Below, in pieces: positions 36,752 to 46,485 of a stretch of 52,428 nt of DNA. The position numbers and the translations under genes were made by a program. Below the pieces are notes generated by a model, which made no database searches, was not told the origin of the DNA, and saw nothing but the letters and a program-made list of their open reading frames with translations. This DNA comes from Armatimonadota bacterium (GTDB taxonomy: Bacteria > Vulcanimicrobiota > JACPDS01 > JBDRKI01), in NCBI GenBank assembly GCA_043814095.1, contig JBDRKI010000097.1:1-52428 (forward strand), written 5' to 3'. Each line of letters starts with the position of its first letter. The stretch's first letter is position 1.

Positions 36752-38347
36752 ATGGATGCATGGAAAATAGAAGAAAAGTATAAAAAAATAATAAAAAAAG
36801 AGACCGCTTTATACGAAATAAAGAAAAACGCCGATCTCTCAGCTGTCTTGATATACCCCAATACCTATTATGTGGGGATGAGCAATCTGGGGTTCCAGAC
36901 TGTTTTCTCCATTATAAATTCAAGTCCTAATTTCAACTGTGAAAGAGCGTTTCTTCCTGACAGTAAAGACGAACAAATATATAAACAGGGCACACAGAAA
37001 TATTATTCAATGGAAAGCGCGCGCCTTATATCCGATTTTGACATGGTTATATTCTCCGTATCTTATGAGGTGGATTACCTTAATGTTTTAAAGATGCTTC
37101 ACTATAGCGGTATTCCCTTAAAAAGTGAAGAGAGGGATGAAAAACATCCCATAATAATTGCAGGCGGCGCGGCAGTAACATTAAACCCTCAGCCTATATC
37201 TAAGTTTATAGATTTATTCATAATCGGTGACGGAGAAAATACGGTAGAAAAGATGCTTAATGTAAGAGCAGAATCTAAAACCAAGGATGAGTTCTTAAAA
37301 AATATATCCTTGATGGAAACATATTATGTTCCTAAATATTATAGTAATGATAAAAAGATTATAAGGAACTGTATCAAGAAGATTAAAAATCCAGCTCACA
37401 GTATTTTTCTATCGCCTGATACAGAATTTAAAAACACATTTCTTGTTGAAGCAACCCGGGGCTGTCCTTATAAATGCAGTTTCTGCGTTGTGGGGAACTG
37501 TTTTAACCCTTTCAGGTACGCTGATATCTCCGGTATGGAAAAAATCATAAAATACGGGAGAAGATTTACCGACAGGATAGGAATTATAAGTTCGTCGGTG
37601 AACAGCTACCCTTACATAAAAGAACTTATCCATATTCTTGATGAAACAGGATTTAAGGTCTCTTTTTCTTCCTTAAGAGCCGACCTTTTAGATGAGGATT
37701 TATTAAAGCTCCTTCTTAAAAGCAGCCAGAGGACTTTAACAATTGCGCCTGAAACTATAAGCGGCAAATTAAGGAAAATTATCAATAAAAACATAGATGA
37801 AGAAGATATCTATAACGCGTTTGATTTATGCATAAAGCATAATTTAAGGAATTACAAGCTTTATTTTATGCTGGGGCTCCCTTCTGAAGATGAAGCTGAT
37901 ATAGAAGAAATGATAGCTTTCCTGAAAAAGTTATCATCTTATCTTTATGAAAGATCTCCCGTATCAAAGATAAAGGTCAGCGTAAGTAAATTTATACCCA
38001 AACCCTTTACCCCTCTTCAATGGGAAAGAACCGAAAGCGAAGATATTTACAACCATAAAATACAGATTATAAAAGAAGCTCTTAAAAAAATTAACAATAT
38101 AGAGCTTAATTTTGAAAGCGGGAAAATCGCCTATATATCAAGCCTCTTATCAAGAGGAGATTCGGACATTGCAGATGCGCTTTGTAATAACTTCCTTGAT
38201 TTTAAATACAGAAGATTCTTTGAAGAGACAAAAAATCTTGATTTTGAATCAAAATTTAACGGAAAATATAATGAAATACTGCCATGGGGTTTCTTATGTG
38301 ATAAAGATTTAAAAGAGAAATTATGGGCTAAAGAAAAAAACTTCTAA
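36752..38347 (+). CDS. Radical SAM protein with B12-binding-like N-domain
   Basis: YPNTYYVGMSNLGF, IGDGE, RGCPYKCSFC, TIAPET, KLYFMLGLP, FIPKPFTPLQW. Confidence 0.85.
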   Translation: MDAWKIEEKYKKIIKKETALYEIKKNADLSAVLIYPNTYYVGMSNLGFQTVFSIINSSPNFNCERAFLPDSKDEQIYKQGTQKYYSMESARLISDFDMVIFSVSYEVDYLNVLKMLHYSGIPLKSEERDEKHPIIIAGGAAVTLNPQPISKFIDLFIIGDGENTVEKMLNVRAESKTKDEFLKNISLMETYYVPKYYSNDKKIIRNCIKKIKNPAHSIFLSPDTEFKNTFLVEATRGCPYKCSFCVVGNCFNPFRYADISGMEKIIKYGRRFTDRIGIISSSVNSYPYIKELIHILDETGFKVSFSSLRADLLDEDLLKLLLKSSQRTLTIAPETISGKLRKIINKNIDEEDIYNAFDLCIKHNLRNYKLYFMLGLPSEDEADIEEMIAFLKKLSSYLYERSPVSKIKVSVSKFIPKPFTPLQWERTESEDIYNHKIQIIKEALKKINNIELNFESGKIAYISSLLSRGDSDIADALCNNFLDFKYRRFFEETKNLDFESKFNGKYNEILPWGFLCDKDLKEKLWAKEKNF

Positions 38348-38443
38348 AATAGAAGGATATTTACTATATTTTGTCAAATTTTTTGTATAATACTGTAATT
38401 AGTATGTATTTATTATATTTATCTATGCCCTAGGAGGAACAAA

Positions 38444-39139
38444 ATGGCAAACGAAAAGATACTGGTTGTAGACGACGAGAAGAATATAGTAGAACTGGTA
38501 AAATTTAACCTTGAGAAAGAAGGTTATGAAGTTTTATGCGCTTACAGCGGCGATGAAGCCATAGAATTAGCCAGGAGAGAAAGGCCTGACCTTATAGTTC
38601 TTGATATAATGATGCCGGGCAAAAGCGGGCTTGATGTCTGCCGGATATTAAGATCAGAGAGCAAGATCCCCATCATTATGGCAACGGCAAAGGGAGAAGA
38701 GGTAGATAAGATACTGGGGCTGGAACTCGGGGCCGATGATTACGTCACAAAACCCTTCAGCCCGAGAGAACTTGTTTCAAGAATAAAAGCCATCCTGCGC
38801 AGAACATCGGACAAGGTTGTAGTTGAAAATATGCTGGAATTCGGAGAGCTGAGCGTAGACCTCGTAAAGCGTATTGTAAAGTTAAGAAACAAAATTTTAA
38901 ACCTTAAACCCAAAGAATTTGATCTTTTAAAGATACTCTCAACAAATCCCGGCAAAGTATTTACAAGGGATTTTCTCTTAGAACAGCTCTGGGGTTATGA
39001 TTATCTCGGAGACACAAGAACTGTTGATGTTCATATGAGAAGATTAAGGCAGAAACTTGAAGTTGATCCCGCGAAACCGGTCTACCTTAAAACCATACAC
39101 GGTATCGGTTATAAATTTCAGTACGGAGAAGAAGAATAA
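38444..39139 (+). CDS. OmpR/PhoB-family response regulator (PhoP/WalR-like)
   Basis: VVDDE, LDIMMP (phospho-Asp), GADDYVTKPFS, TRTVDVHMRRLRQKLE, GIGYKF. Confidence 0.95.
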   Translation: MANEKILVVDDEKNIVELVKFNLEKEGYEVLCAYSGDEAIELARRERPDLIVLDIMMPGKSGLDVCRILRSESKIPIIMATAKGEEVDKILGLELGADDYVTKPFSPRELVSRIKAILRRTSDKVVVENMLEFGELSVDLVKRIVKLRNKILNLKPKEFDLLKILSTNPGKVFTRDFLLEQLWGYDYLGDTRTVDVHMRRLRQKLEVDPAKPVYLKTIHGIGYKFQYGEEE

Positions 39140-40212
39140 TGCCTAAAACAATACTGGGGATGGTTAACGAGCATCTCCATACTAACTTAGAGACTCCCAT
39201 AATAGCCATAAATAAAGAAGGCAAGCTGATATTGATAAATGAAGCCGCGGCCGAAATTTTTTCTACCGACGTAGAGAATGCAATCAACAAAAAAATATGG
39301 GATATTATAAGCGATCATGAATACACCAAAACCATGTTCTCTATCATAAGGCAGCAGATCCGCGAACCTCAGGACCACCTGCTTCTCATAAACCAGATGA
39401 TATTTAACGTAAGGTTAATACCCGTAAAAAACAAGGATAACCGCATTGTGGCATCCCTCGCGCTTTTAAGGGATTACTCCAACATGCATAACCTTGAGAA
39501 AAATATCATGCACACATTAACGGAGATATCCCATAAATTAAGAACGCCTTTAACATCCATAAAGGGCTTTATAGATACCCTGCTTGAAAGCAGGATTGAC
39601 GACAAAAAAACCATGGGCAATTTTCTTGAAATCATGCATGAAGAAACAAACAGGATGAGTAAGCTTATAAACAACACACTGACTTTAAGCAGTATCGCGA
39701 ATGAAAGAATAAAAGCGGAAACAAAGCCTGCCGACATATCCGATATTGTAAGCCAGGCTCTTTTAGTCATGCAGCCCCAGATAAAAGAAAATAAGGTAAA
39801 AGTTAAAACAAGCTTCCCTAAAAACCCTGCCATAGCCAATGTAAACAGGGATAACTTCATACAGGCAATAACAAATATACTTGATAACTCCATAAAGTTC
39901 TCAAGTATGGGAAAGAAAAAAGGAAAGATAGATATAACAGTATCTTCTTCTGACGGCGCCGTTACCGTAGAAATACAGGATAACGGGATCGGCATATCAT
40001 CACGCGACAGAAAACATATATTTGAAAAGTTTTACCATATAAGAAATACCCCGGCAAGCCACGCGGGAATAGGGCTGGGATTATCAATTACAAAAAAGAT
40101 AATTGAAGACCATTACGGGACCATAAACTGCAAATCCACCATGAATAAAGGAACCTTATTTACCATAACCCTTCCCATAGTTCTTGTAAAGGAGACGGAT
40201 AAAGAGTTTTAA
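39139..40212 (+). CDS. Soluble PAS-HisKA-HATPase protein with atypical H-box
   Basis: PAS-like N-terminus (IIAINKEGKLILINEAA); SHKLRTPL; NILDNSIKF, DNGIGI, GIGLGLSI; no TM segment evident. Confidence 0.88.
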   Translation: MPKTILGMVNEHLHTNLETPIIAINKEGKLILINEAAAEIFSTDVENAINKKIWDIISDHEYTKTMFSIIRQQIREPQDHLLLINQMIFNVRLIPVKNKDNRIVASLALLRDYSNMHNLEKNIMHTLTEISHKLRTPLTSIKGFIDTLLESRIDDKKTMGNFLEIMHEETNRMSKLINNTLTLSSIANERIKAETKPADISDIVSQALLVMQPQIKENKVKVKTSFPKNPAIANVNRDNFIQAITNILDNSIKFSSMGKKKGKIDITVSSSDGAVTVEIQDNGIGISSRDRKHIFEKFYHIRNTPASHAGIGLGLSITKKIIEDHYGTINCKSTMNKGTLFTITLPIVLVKETDKEF

Positions 40213-40218
40213 ACAATT

Positions 40219-41430
40219 ATGAGAAAAAGGAATATAAAAGATAAAATAACAGGGCTGCCGATTTTAACTTCTATATACAATAAAATCGATAAAGAGCTGA
40301 AAAAAAGAAGTGAAGTCGGTTTTATATATTTAAGCATACTGCAGTATAAGCAGATACTTGAAGCTTACGGCAGGACTAAAGCCCAGTCCCTGCTTAACCT
40401 TGTAGGCAAAACGCTAAACAGCCAGAAAGGGAAGCTTTTCAGGGATGACGATCTTGTAACAATAGGCACGCGCGGATCAAACTATTTCAACATTTTTCTA
40501 TTCTCGCCGCCCAGACATAAAGAAAACTTTTCTATATCGGATCTTAAGCTTGTGTCTTTCAGGATTCAGAATAAGCTGACTGATATTTTAAATCTTGAAA
40601 CACCCAAGCTGGGCGTACAGGAAAAAATAGATTTCCAGTTCGGATATACAATTTTGCTTCCCGATCCGCACCTTTCAATAGAACGACTTATTTACGAGGC
40701 ACAGAAAGAAGCCATACTTAAATGCCAGCTGGAAGATATCATGGCGCAGTTTGTCGCTAACATATCGCATGAACTGCGCACGCCTGTCACATGCATTAAG
40801 GGTTATGTGGAAACTCTCTTAGACGGTCATTTCAGCGACCCAGAAACCTTCAAAAGGTTTCTGGAAATAATAAGGGAGGAAGCAGACAGGCTAAGCCGCC
40901 TTATAAATGACCTTCTTGACCTGTCCTTGATAGAATCCAGACAGGTTGAAATGCATTATGACACCATTAACCTCAATAAAATAATTCAGGACACAAAAGA
41001 TATTCTCCGGCCGTCTATCAGCTCAAAAAAAATAATTTTAAAGCTCAACCTGCCCAAAAAACTGCCATATATCAACGCGGACGGAGACAGGCTGCGGCAG
41101 GTCTTGATTAACCTTGTGGATAACGCCATAAAATATTCCCCCGAAAACAGCACTGTTGCTCTGGGCGTAAGAAAGCAGAAGCTTGACATGATATTCAGCA
41201 TAACGGATCAGGGGCCCGGCATACCCCCGAAAGACTTGGAAAGAATATTTGACAGGTTCTACCGGGTAAACAAGGACAGATCATCTAAATCAGGAGGCCG
41301 GGGGCTGGGACTTGCCATAGCAAAGCAGATAATAGAAGCGCACGGCGGCACAATTACGGTCAAAAGCAAGGTTGGAAAAGGCTCCACTTTCAGCTTCACA
41401 ATACCCACTGATGATTACTGGAAAGAATAA
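40219..41430 (+). CDS. Soluble histidine kinase with N-terminal degenerate GGDEF-like domain
   Basis: DKITGLP...YKQILEAYG...FRDDD...GSNYF then [31 protein letters not shown]. Confidence 0.85.
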   Translation: MRKRNIKDKITGLPILTSIYNKIDKELKKRSEVGFIYLSILQYKQILEAYGRTKAQSLLNLVGKTLNSQKGKLFRDDDLVTIGTRGSNYFNIFLFSPPRHKENFSISDLKLVSFRIQNKLTDILNLETPKLGVQEKIDFQFGYTILLPDPHLSIERLIYEAQKEAILKCQLEDIMAQFVANISHELRTPVTCIKGYVETLLDGHFSDPETFKRFLEIIREEADRLSRLINDLLDLSLIESRQVEMHYDTINLNKIIQDTKDILRPSISSKKIILKLNLPKKLPYINADGDRLRQVLINLVDNAIKYSPENSTVALGVRKQKLDMIFSITDQGPGIPPKDLERIFDRFYRVNKDRSSKSGGRGLGLAIAKQIIEAHGGTITVKSKVGKGSTFSFTIPTDDYWKE

Positions 41431-41457
41431 ATAAACAAAATTAATGACCTGACTGAT

Positions 41458-41499
41458 AATAAAAAAACATCCTGAATAATAAACAGGATGTTTTTTATT
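41458..41499. terminator. Bidirectional terminator
   Basis: AAAAAACATCCTG / CAGGATGTTTTTT stem with A and T tracts on both sides, between convergent units. Confidence 0.8.
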
Positions 41500-41514
41500 G
41501 CTTTAAAAATACTA

Positions 41515-41690
41515 TTCCCCACATGTACCGTGCGAACTCCGGTTTTTGAACCAGTAGATACTGGTGGGTGCATCCTGACAACATTAGGATTCCCTCACTT
41601 AAGAGGGCATTCACACAGTTGTCAGAGAGTCTGCTCCCTATGTTTTAGTGTTGCCAAAAAACTAAAGAGGTACACGCGCACCGCAGGGAA
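41515..41690 (-). ncRNA. ssrS: 6S RNA
   Basis: About 176 nt intergenic; 5' UUCCCUGCGGUGCGCGU pairs with 3' GCACGGUACAUGUGGGGAA; internal GGGAGC, CCCACC and GGUUCAA elements resembling Firmicutes-type 6S RNA; TAAAAT -10-like box just upstream and terminator downstream. Confidence 0.8.
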
Positions 41691-41714
41691 CTTATATTTA
41701 TTTTAAAGGTTCGT

Positions 41715-42209
41715 TTAATTTCTGCAGTATTTATTCAGCATTACTTCCGCTTTTTCTTTGGTCATGGACTTAACCGTGCAGAACTCATCGGTTAAAATCT
41801 TTTTTGACTGGTCAAGCATATCCTGCTCTTTGGGAGTCAGTTTCTTAACCTTGCTTAAATCGGATAAATCTTTTATAACTTCCGCGAATTTATACACATC
41901 AGCGGTCTTTATCTTTTTCATGTTCTCAACATATCTCTCGGCTGACTTAATGATTTTATCGGGTTTATACTTTTCAATAAACTTGAGAACTTTAGGAACT
42001 TCATTGACCCCTATAAGGCTGCGTATAAGGCTGTGCCGCTGGTCAAGGTTGACCATCAATTTTAATTTGCCTTCCTGGAAAGAAACTTCGGAAAAACGCT
42101 GGTTCCTGCCGAGTATGTTCTTTGTCTCGACCTTTTCAACCCGGCCCACACCGTACATATGATGTACAACCCTTGTACCTTTATTGAGTTTACCGTTACT
42201 TTTGCTCAT
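41715..42209 (-). CDS. CarD/CdnL family transcription factor
   Basis: GTRVVHHMYGVGRVEKVE RNAP-interaction domain; RYVENMKKIKTAD...AEVIKDL...LTPKEQDMLDQSKKILTDE C-domain. Confidence 0.85.
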   Translation of the reverse strand: MSKSNGKLNKGTRVVHHMYGVGRVEKVETKNILGRNQRFSEVSFQEGKLKLMVNLDQRHSLIRSLIGVNEVPKVLKFIEKYKPDKIIKSAERYVENMKKIKTADVYKFAEVIKDLSDLSKVKKLTPKEQDMLDQSKKILTDEFCTVKSMTKEKAEVMLNKYCRN

Positions 42210-42427
42210 TTTACCACCTTACTCCCCAACTACTTCGTTTATATTGAAGAACGGCTCGCTGAACTCTATTATAGCACTTTTTTCAAAAAAAATCAAATCT
42301 AAAAAAATACTTAGAAATAAAGAAAAAACTTACATCAAAAGAAAATTGTATTATATATATATTAATACTTATATTAAAATTAACAAAATTATTAAAAAAC
42401 TCTTAAAAATAAAGATTTTTTATTGTT

Positions 42428-44362
42428 TTAACTGTCTGAAGCCGGTATTGTAAAATAAAAAGTCGTGCCTTTATCGGGCTCTGATTCTACCCAGATACGG
42501 CCGTTATGCCTTTCCACAATCTTTTTACAGACAGCAAGTCCTATGCCGGTGCCGGGATATTTATCTTTAAGGTGCAGACGCTTAAAAACCGTAAATATAC
42601 TCTCTATATCCTTGATCTCCATGCCTATTCCGTTGTCTTTAACCGAGAAAAGCCATCCGTCTTCATTCTTCCGGGCCGATATATGAATCTTTAAGGGTTC
42701 TCTGCCCCTGAATTTTATCGCGTTGCTTATAAGGTTCTGGAAAAGCTGTATAAGCTGCATATTGTCGCCTTTTACCCTGGGCATAGGGTCGCAAGTTACA
42801 ACCGCCCGGCTCTCCTCAATTTTATTTTTCAGGTTCAAAAGAACCCGCTTCATTATGCCTTCAAGGTCAACCGTATCAAGAGCTCTGGATTTACTCGTCA
42901 GTCTGGAGTACATAAGAAGATCATTTATAAGTTTAGTCATATACATAATGCTGTCTATGGACCTATAAATGCAATCCTCAACTTCATAGTTCATGTCTCC
43001 TTCACATTCCCTTATTATAAGTTCCAGTGAAGAAAGAACAACGCTTAACGGCTCCTGCAGATCATGTGATACTATATAGGCAAACTGTTCCAGTTCCGAA
43101 TTTATTGAAACCAGATTTCTCATGGTTTCTTTTAATTTCTCTTCCGTATGCCTGCGCCCTATAATCTCTGTCTCGAGTTTTTCATTTGTCTCCTCCAGCT
43201 TTAATGTTCTTTCTTTTACAAGTTCTTCTAAATGATCACGGTATTTCTGCAGTTCGCGGTCGCTGCGTTTTCGTTCTGTTATGTCTCTGGCGGCGCTTAA
43301 GACTAATTTTCTGCCGCCTGATTCAATAATTTTCGCGTGAACTTCTACGGGCAGCATGGAGCCGTCTTTCCTAAAATGAGCGGATTCAAAAACAGCAGAC
43401 CCTCTTCTTATAAGTTCATCCATTCTCTGTTTTATAAGATCGGCAAATTCAGGCACATCCAGTTCTTTAAGATTTAATTTTAAGAATTCTTCCTTGATAT
43501 ACCCGTGCGATATACACGCCGCTTTATTAACATATAAAAATTTGCCTTCAAAATCATGCAGGAACATGGAATCCGTAGCCGCATCAAGAAGCTGGGATTC
43601 TAATTCCATCTGCTCTTCAGCTTTTCTTATCTCTGTTATATCTGATATAATAGAGATCTCGCCCGTTACTTTATTATTATGGCTCTTTATCAGAGTAGCT
43701 GAAATCCTGCCTATGCGCTTCTCTCCGCCTTTTTTAATAAAAACAATCTCATAAGGAGGAAGTTTCTCGCCATTTATCCGGCGACCAAATGCGTCTCCGG
43801 CCTTTTTCTTGTTTTCTTCATCAAGAAACGGCAGATCTTTTAAATTTTTGCCTATAAATTCTTCCCGCTTGTATCCAGTTAATTTTGCCATCTGCTCATT
43901 GGCATCGGTAAAATTGCCTTTAATATCAATAATTGCTATGGCCTCGGGGGAAATATTAAATATTCCTTCATACCTGTGTTCACTTTCCTTAAGAGCTTCT
44001 TCGGTCTTCTCAAGCTCGCTTATGTCAATAAAAAGTCCGGCAATAACTTCTTTACTGCCGGTCTTAAAAGACTTTGTTTCTATTATAACAGGAACGGTGG
44101 TTCCGTCTTTTCTCTGGATCTTTGCTTCAAAACTTGCGGCTTTTTTCTTTTTTATGTGTTCTGTAAAAAGCTCTTTATATTTACCTGCTTCTTCTTCGGG
44201 ATAAAGCTTAGACTGATGCAGACCTATAATTTCTTCTTTCGGTCTTTTTAAAAGCTTCTCTGCCGCCTTATTGCACTCTATTATTTTCCCCGTCTTTGTA
44301 TCCGCAATAAAAACAGCAACAGGCAGAATACCGAATATTTTCTGGTAATCAAATTTAACCAT
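42428..44362 (-). CDS. Soluble multi-PAS sensor histidine kinase
   Basis: Three PAS/PAC units (RKDG...DISE / DITE), coiled coil, SHDLQEPL, NLISNAIKF, DNGIG, GTGIGLA. Confidence 0.92.
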   Translation of the reverse strand: MVKFDYQKIFGILPVAVFIADTKTGKIIECNKAAEKLLKRPKEEIIGLHQSKLYPEEEAGKYKELFTEHIKKKKAASFEAKIQRKDGTTVPVIIETKSFKTGSKEVIAGLFIDISELEKTEEALKESEHRYEGIFNISPEAIAIIDIKGNFTDANEQMAKLTGYKREEFIGKNLKDLPFLDEENKKKAGDAFGRRINGEKLPPYEIVFIKKGGEKRIGRISATLIKSHNNKVTGEISIISDITEIRKAEEQMELESQLLDAATDSMFLHDFEGKFLYVNKAACISHGYIKEEFLKLNLKELDVPEFADLIKQRMDELIRRGSAVFESAHFRKDGSMLPVEVHAKIIESGGRKLVLSAARDITERKRSDRELQKYRDHLEELVKERTLKLEETNEKLETEIIGRRHTEEKLKETMRNLVSINSELEQFAYIVSHDLQEPLSVVLSSLELIIRECEGDMNYEVEDCIYRSIDSIMYMTKLINDLLMYSRLTSKSRALDTVDLEGIMKRVLLNLKNKIEESRAVVTCDPMPRVKGDNMQLIQLFQNLISNAIKFRGREPLKIHISARKNEDGWLFSVKDNGIGMEIKDIESIFTVFKRLHLKDKYPGTGIGLAVCKKIVERHNGRIWVESEPDKGTTFYFTIPASDS

Positions 44363-44402
44363 ATCCGCAAACCTTGTTATGTGAAGTTTATGTTGATATT
44401 TA

Positions 44403-44969
44403 CTATTTTTCCGGTTTTATCATACCCTTAAGAGTAAATGCCAGAGCTATAAGCATAACGCCAAAGAATATGGCGTAAACGGCTATAATCCATATAAGGG
44501 CTATAGCGCCTGCCAGAGGCTGACTTATAAGCAAAATACCGAATACAAGAGAGAGAAGCCCCATAATAACCAGCAGCCAGATATCAGGCAGAACTTTTCT
44601 TAAGGTTACCGCGGCGGCGAGCTCCAGAACCCCCGTAACCATAGCCCATACAGCGATTAAAACCACTAAAAAAGCGGCGGCAAAATCCGGGCGCACAAAA
44701 ACTATAATGCCTATAACAACGCCTATCAATCCTTCAACAAGCAATACCCACCATTTGCTTATACCGCCTTTAAATATAAACGAGCCTACTATCGCGAAAA
44801 CGCCGTCAACAAGAACAAAAGCGCCGAAGAAAATAACAAGAAGCGCGACTGTAAGGCCGGGCCACGCGAAAGCTATCACGCCAAACGCTATCGCCGCAAG
44901 CCCTCTTAGGGCCAGTGACCACCAGTTCTTTGCTACTGACTGGATATCGGGATTAAATCCTAATGCCAT
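44403..44969 (-). CDS. HdeD/DUF308 family membrane protein
   Basis: KNWWSLALRGLAAIAFG and about six hydrophobic helices. Confidence 0.85.
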   Translation of the reverse strand: MALGFNPDIQSVAKNWWSLALRGLAAIAFGVIAFAWPGLTVALLVIFFGAFVLVDGVFAIVGSFIFKGGISKWWVLLVEGLIGVVIGIIVFVRPDFAAAFLVVLIAVWAMVTGVLELAAAVTLRKVLPDIWLLVIMGLLSLVFGILLISQPLAGAIALIWIIAVYAIFFGVMLIALAFTLKGMIKPEK

Positions 44970-45027
44970 AGTTTACCTCCTATTTTTATTTGTTTATATC
45001 TTACCCTTACTTTATTATTAAAGTATT

Positions 45028-46476
45028 TTAAATAAATACTTCTTCTTCCTGTTCTTTTCTATACTTATCAAGAGGAATTTTCTTAACCAGTATAGAGAAT
45101 ACAAGCGCCAGAACACAGACGCATATCCCTACAATGAACGCGCCGCGGAAACCCGAGATAAGCATATCATTAGAAACAGCACTGCTGGCAAGACTGCTTT
45201 CCGCAATGCCTGTCTTCTGAGAAAAGACACTCTCAAAAACACAGACCCCAAGCATTAAACCTAAATTTGTTATTGTTCTGAAAACAGCCGAAGCGCTTCC
45301 CTGTTTATCATAAGGAGCTAAATTCATAACCAGGCTGCTGTTGGGAGCTATAAACACACCTAAAGATATTCCTATCCATGTAAGATAAATAATAACGGCA
45401 AGAAGCCCCGGAACCTGCATGGTAAAAGTAAACATTATTGTGCATAAAACAGCCGAGGCTGTCGCCGCAATACATAAAAATCTCGGAGCAATGCTGTCGG
45501 ATAAACGGCCGGCTATTGGCGCTGTTATTGTATACATGACCGAGAAAATCATAAAAACAAGACCTGCTTTACTTGCGTCTAACCCTTTTAAAATCTCAAG
45601 GTAAAAAGGCAGGAGGAAATTCGCGCCCGCCATGAGCATAAAAACCATAAAATTCGCAAGATTCGCATTAACAAAACTTAAATCTTTAAATATACCCAGA
45701 TCTATAAGAGGGTCTTTTTCCCTTTTCTGTCTTATAAGGAATAATATAAAAAACAGCGCTGAAGATACAAATAAGGAAACAATAAGAGTAGATCCCCAGC
45801 CCTTTTCCTGACCCATATTCAACGCGCAAACAAGAGTAACTAAAAATAAGAAGCTTAATACCGCTCCGGGAACATCAAAAGTAAATTTCTCTTTCTTATC
45901 CTCTACTGCTTCATGGGGTATCACCGCCCTGGCGACCAAAATAGCTATGATACCGACAGGAACATTTATTAAAAATATCCACTGCCATGAAAAATAATTT
46001 GTTATAAACCCGCCTAAAGGAGCTCCTATCGCCGTACCCACCCCCGCCGCGGTACCTGTTATTCCGAAAGCCCATCCTGTTAAGCTTTTGGGAATAAATT
46101 TCGGAATAATGGCAAAAGCCGTTGTATACATCATGGCCCCGCCTATACCCTGCAGCGCTCTTGCGGCAATAAGCATATTTATACTGACAGACAATCCGCA
46201 TAAAAAAGAACCCAATACAAAGAAAAAATATCCCCACACAAAAACTTTTCTTAATCCTATTTTATCACCGAGTTTGCCGAATATAAGCATTGTGCTTGTA
46301 ACTACCAGAAGGTATGAGAGTATTATCAGTGAAACCTTGCTCAAGCCGCAGTTAAAATAATGTGAAATAGTTGGTAACGATATATTAACAATATAGATAT
46401 CAAGCGAACACATTAAAGCGGCAAAGGCCACGCTTACGGCTATCCATTTCTGTTTTTTAGGATCATTAACGACCAT
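45028..46476 (-). CDS. MFS drug efflux transporter (DHA2/EmrB family)
   Basis: LDIYIVNISLP, GKLGDKIGLRK, RALQGIGGA, WQWIFLINVPVG; about 14 TM segments. Confidence 0.92.
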   Translation of the reverse strand: MVVNDPKKQKWIAVSVAFAALMCSLDIYIVNISLPTISHYFNCGLSKVSLIILSYLLVVTSTMLIFGKLGDKIGLRKVFVWGYFFFVLGSFLCGLSVSINMLIAARALQGIGGAMMYTTAFAIIPKFIPKSLTGWAFGITGTAAGVGTAIGAPLGGFITNYFSWQWIFLINVPVGIIAILVARAVIPHEAVEDKKEKFTFDVPGAVLSFLFLVTLVCALNMGQEKGWGSTLIVSLFVSSALFFILFLIRQKREKDPLIDLGIFKDLSFVNANLANFMVFMLMAGANFLLPFYLEILKGLDASKAGLVFMIFSVMYTITAPIAGRLSDSIAPRFLCIAATASAVLCTIMFTFTMQVPGLLAVIIYLTWIGISLGVFIAPNSSLVMNLAPYDKQGSASAVFRTITNLGLMLGVCVFESVFSQKTGIAESSLASSAVSNDMLISGFRGAFIVGICVCVLALVFSILVKKIPLDKYRKEQEEEVFI

Positions 46477-46485
46477 ATAACACCT

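Noticed and set aside
41488-41706. 72-aa plus-strand ORF
   Set aside because: Starts inside a terminator hairpin and overlaps the better-supported 6S RNA on the opposite strand
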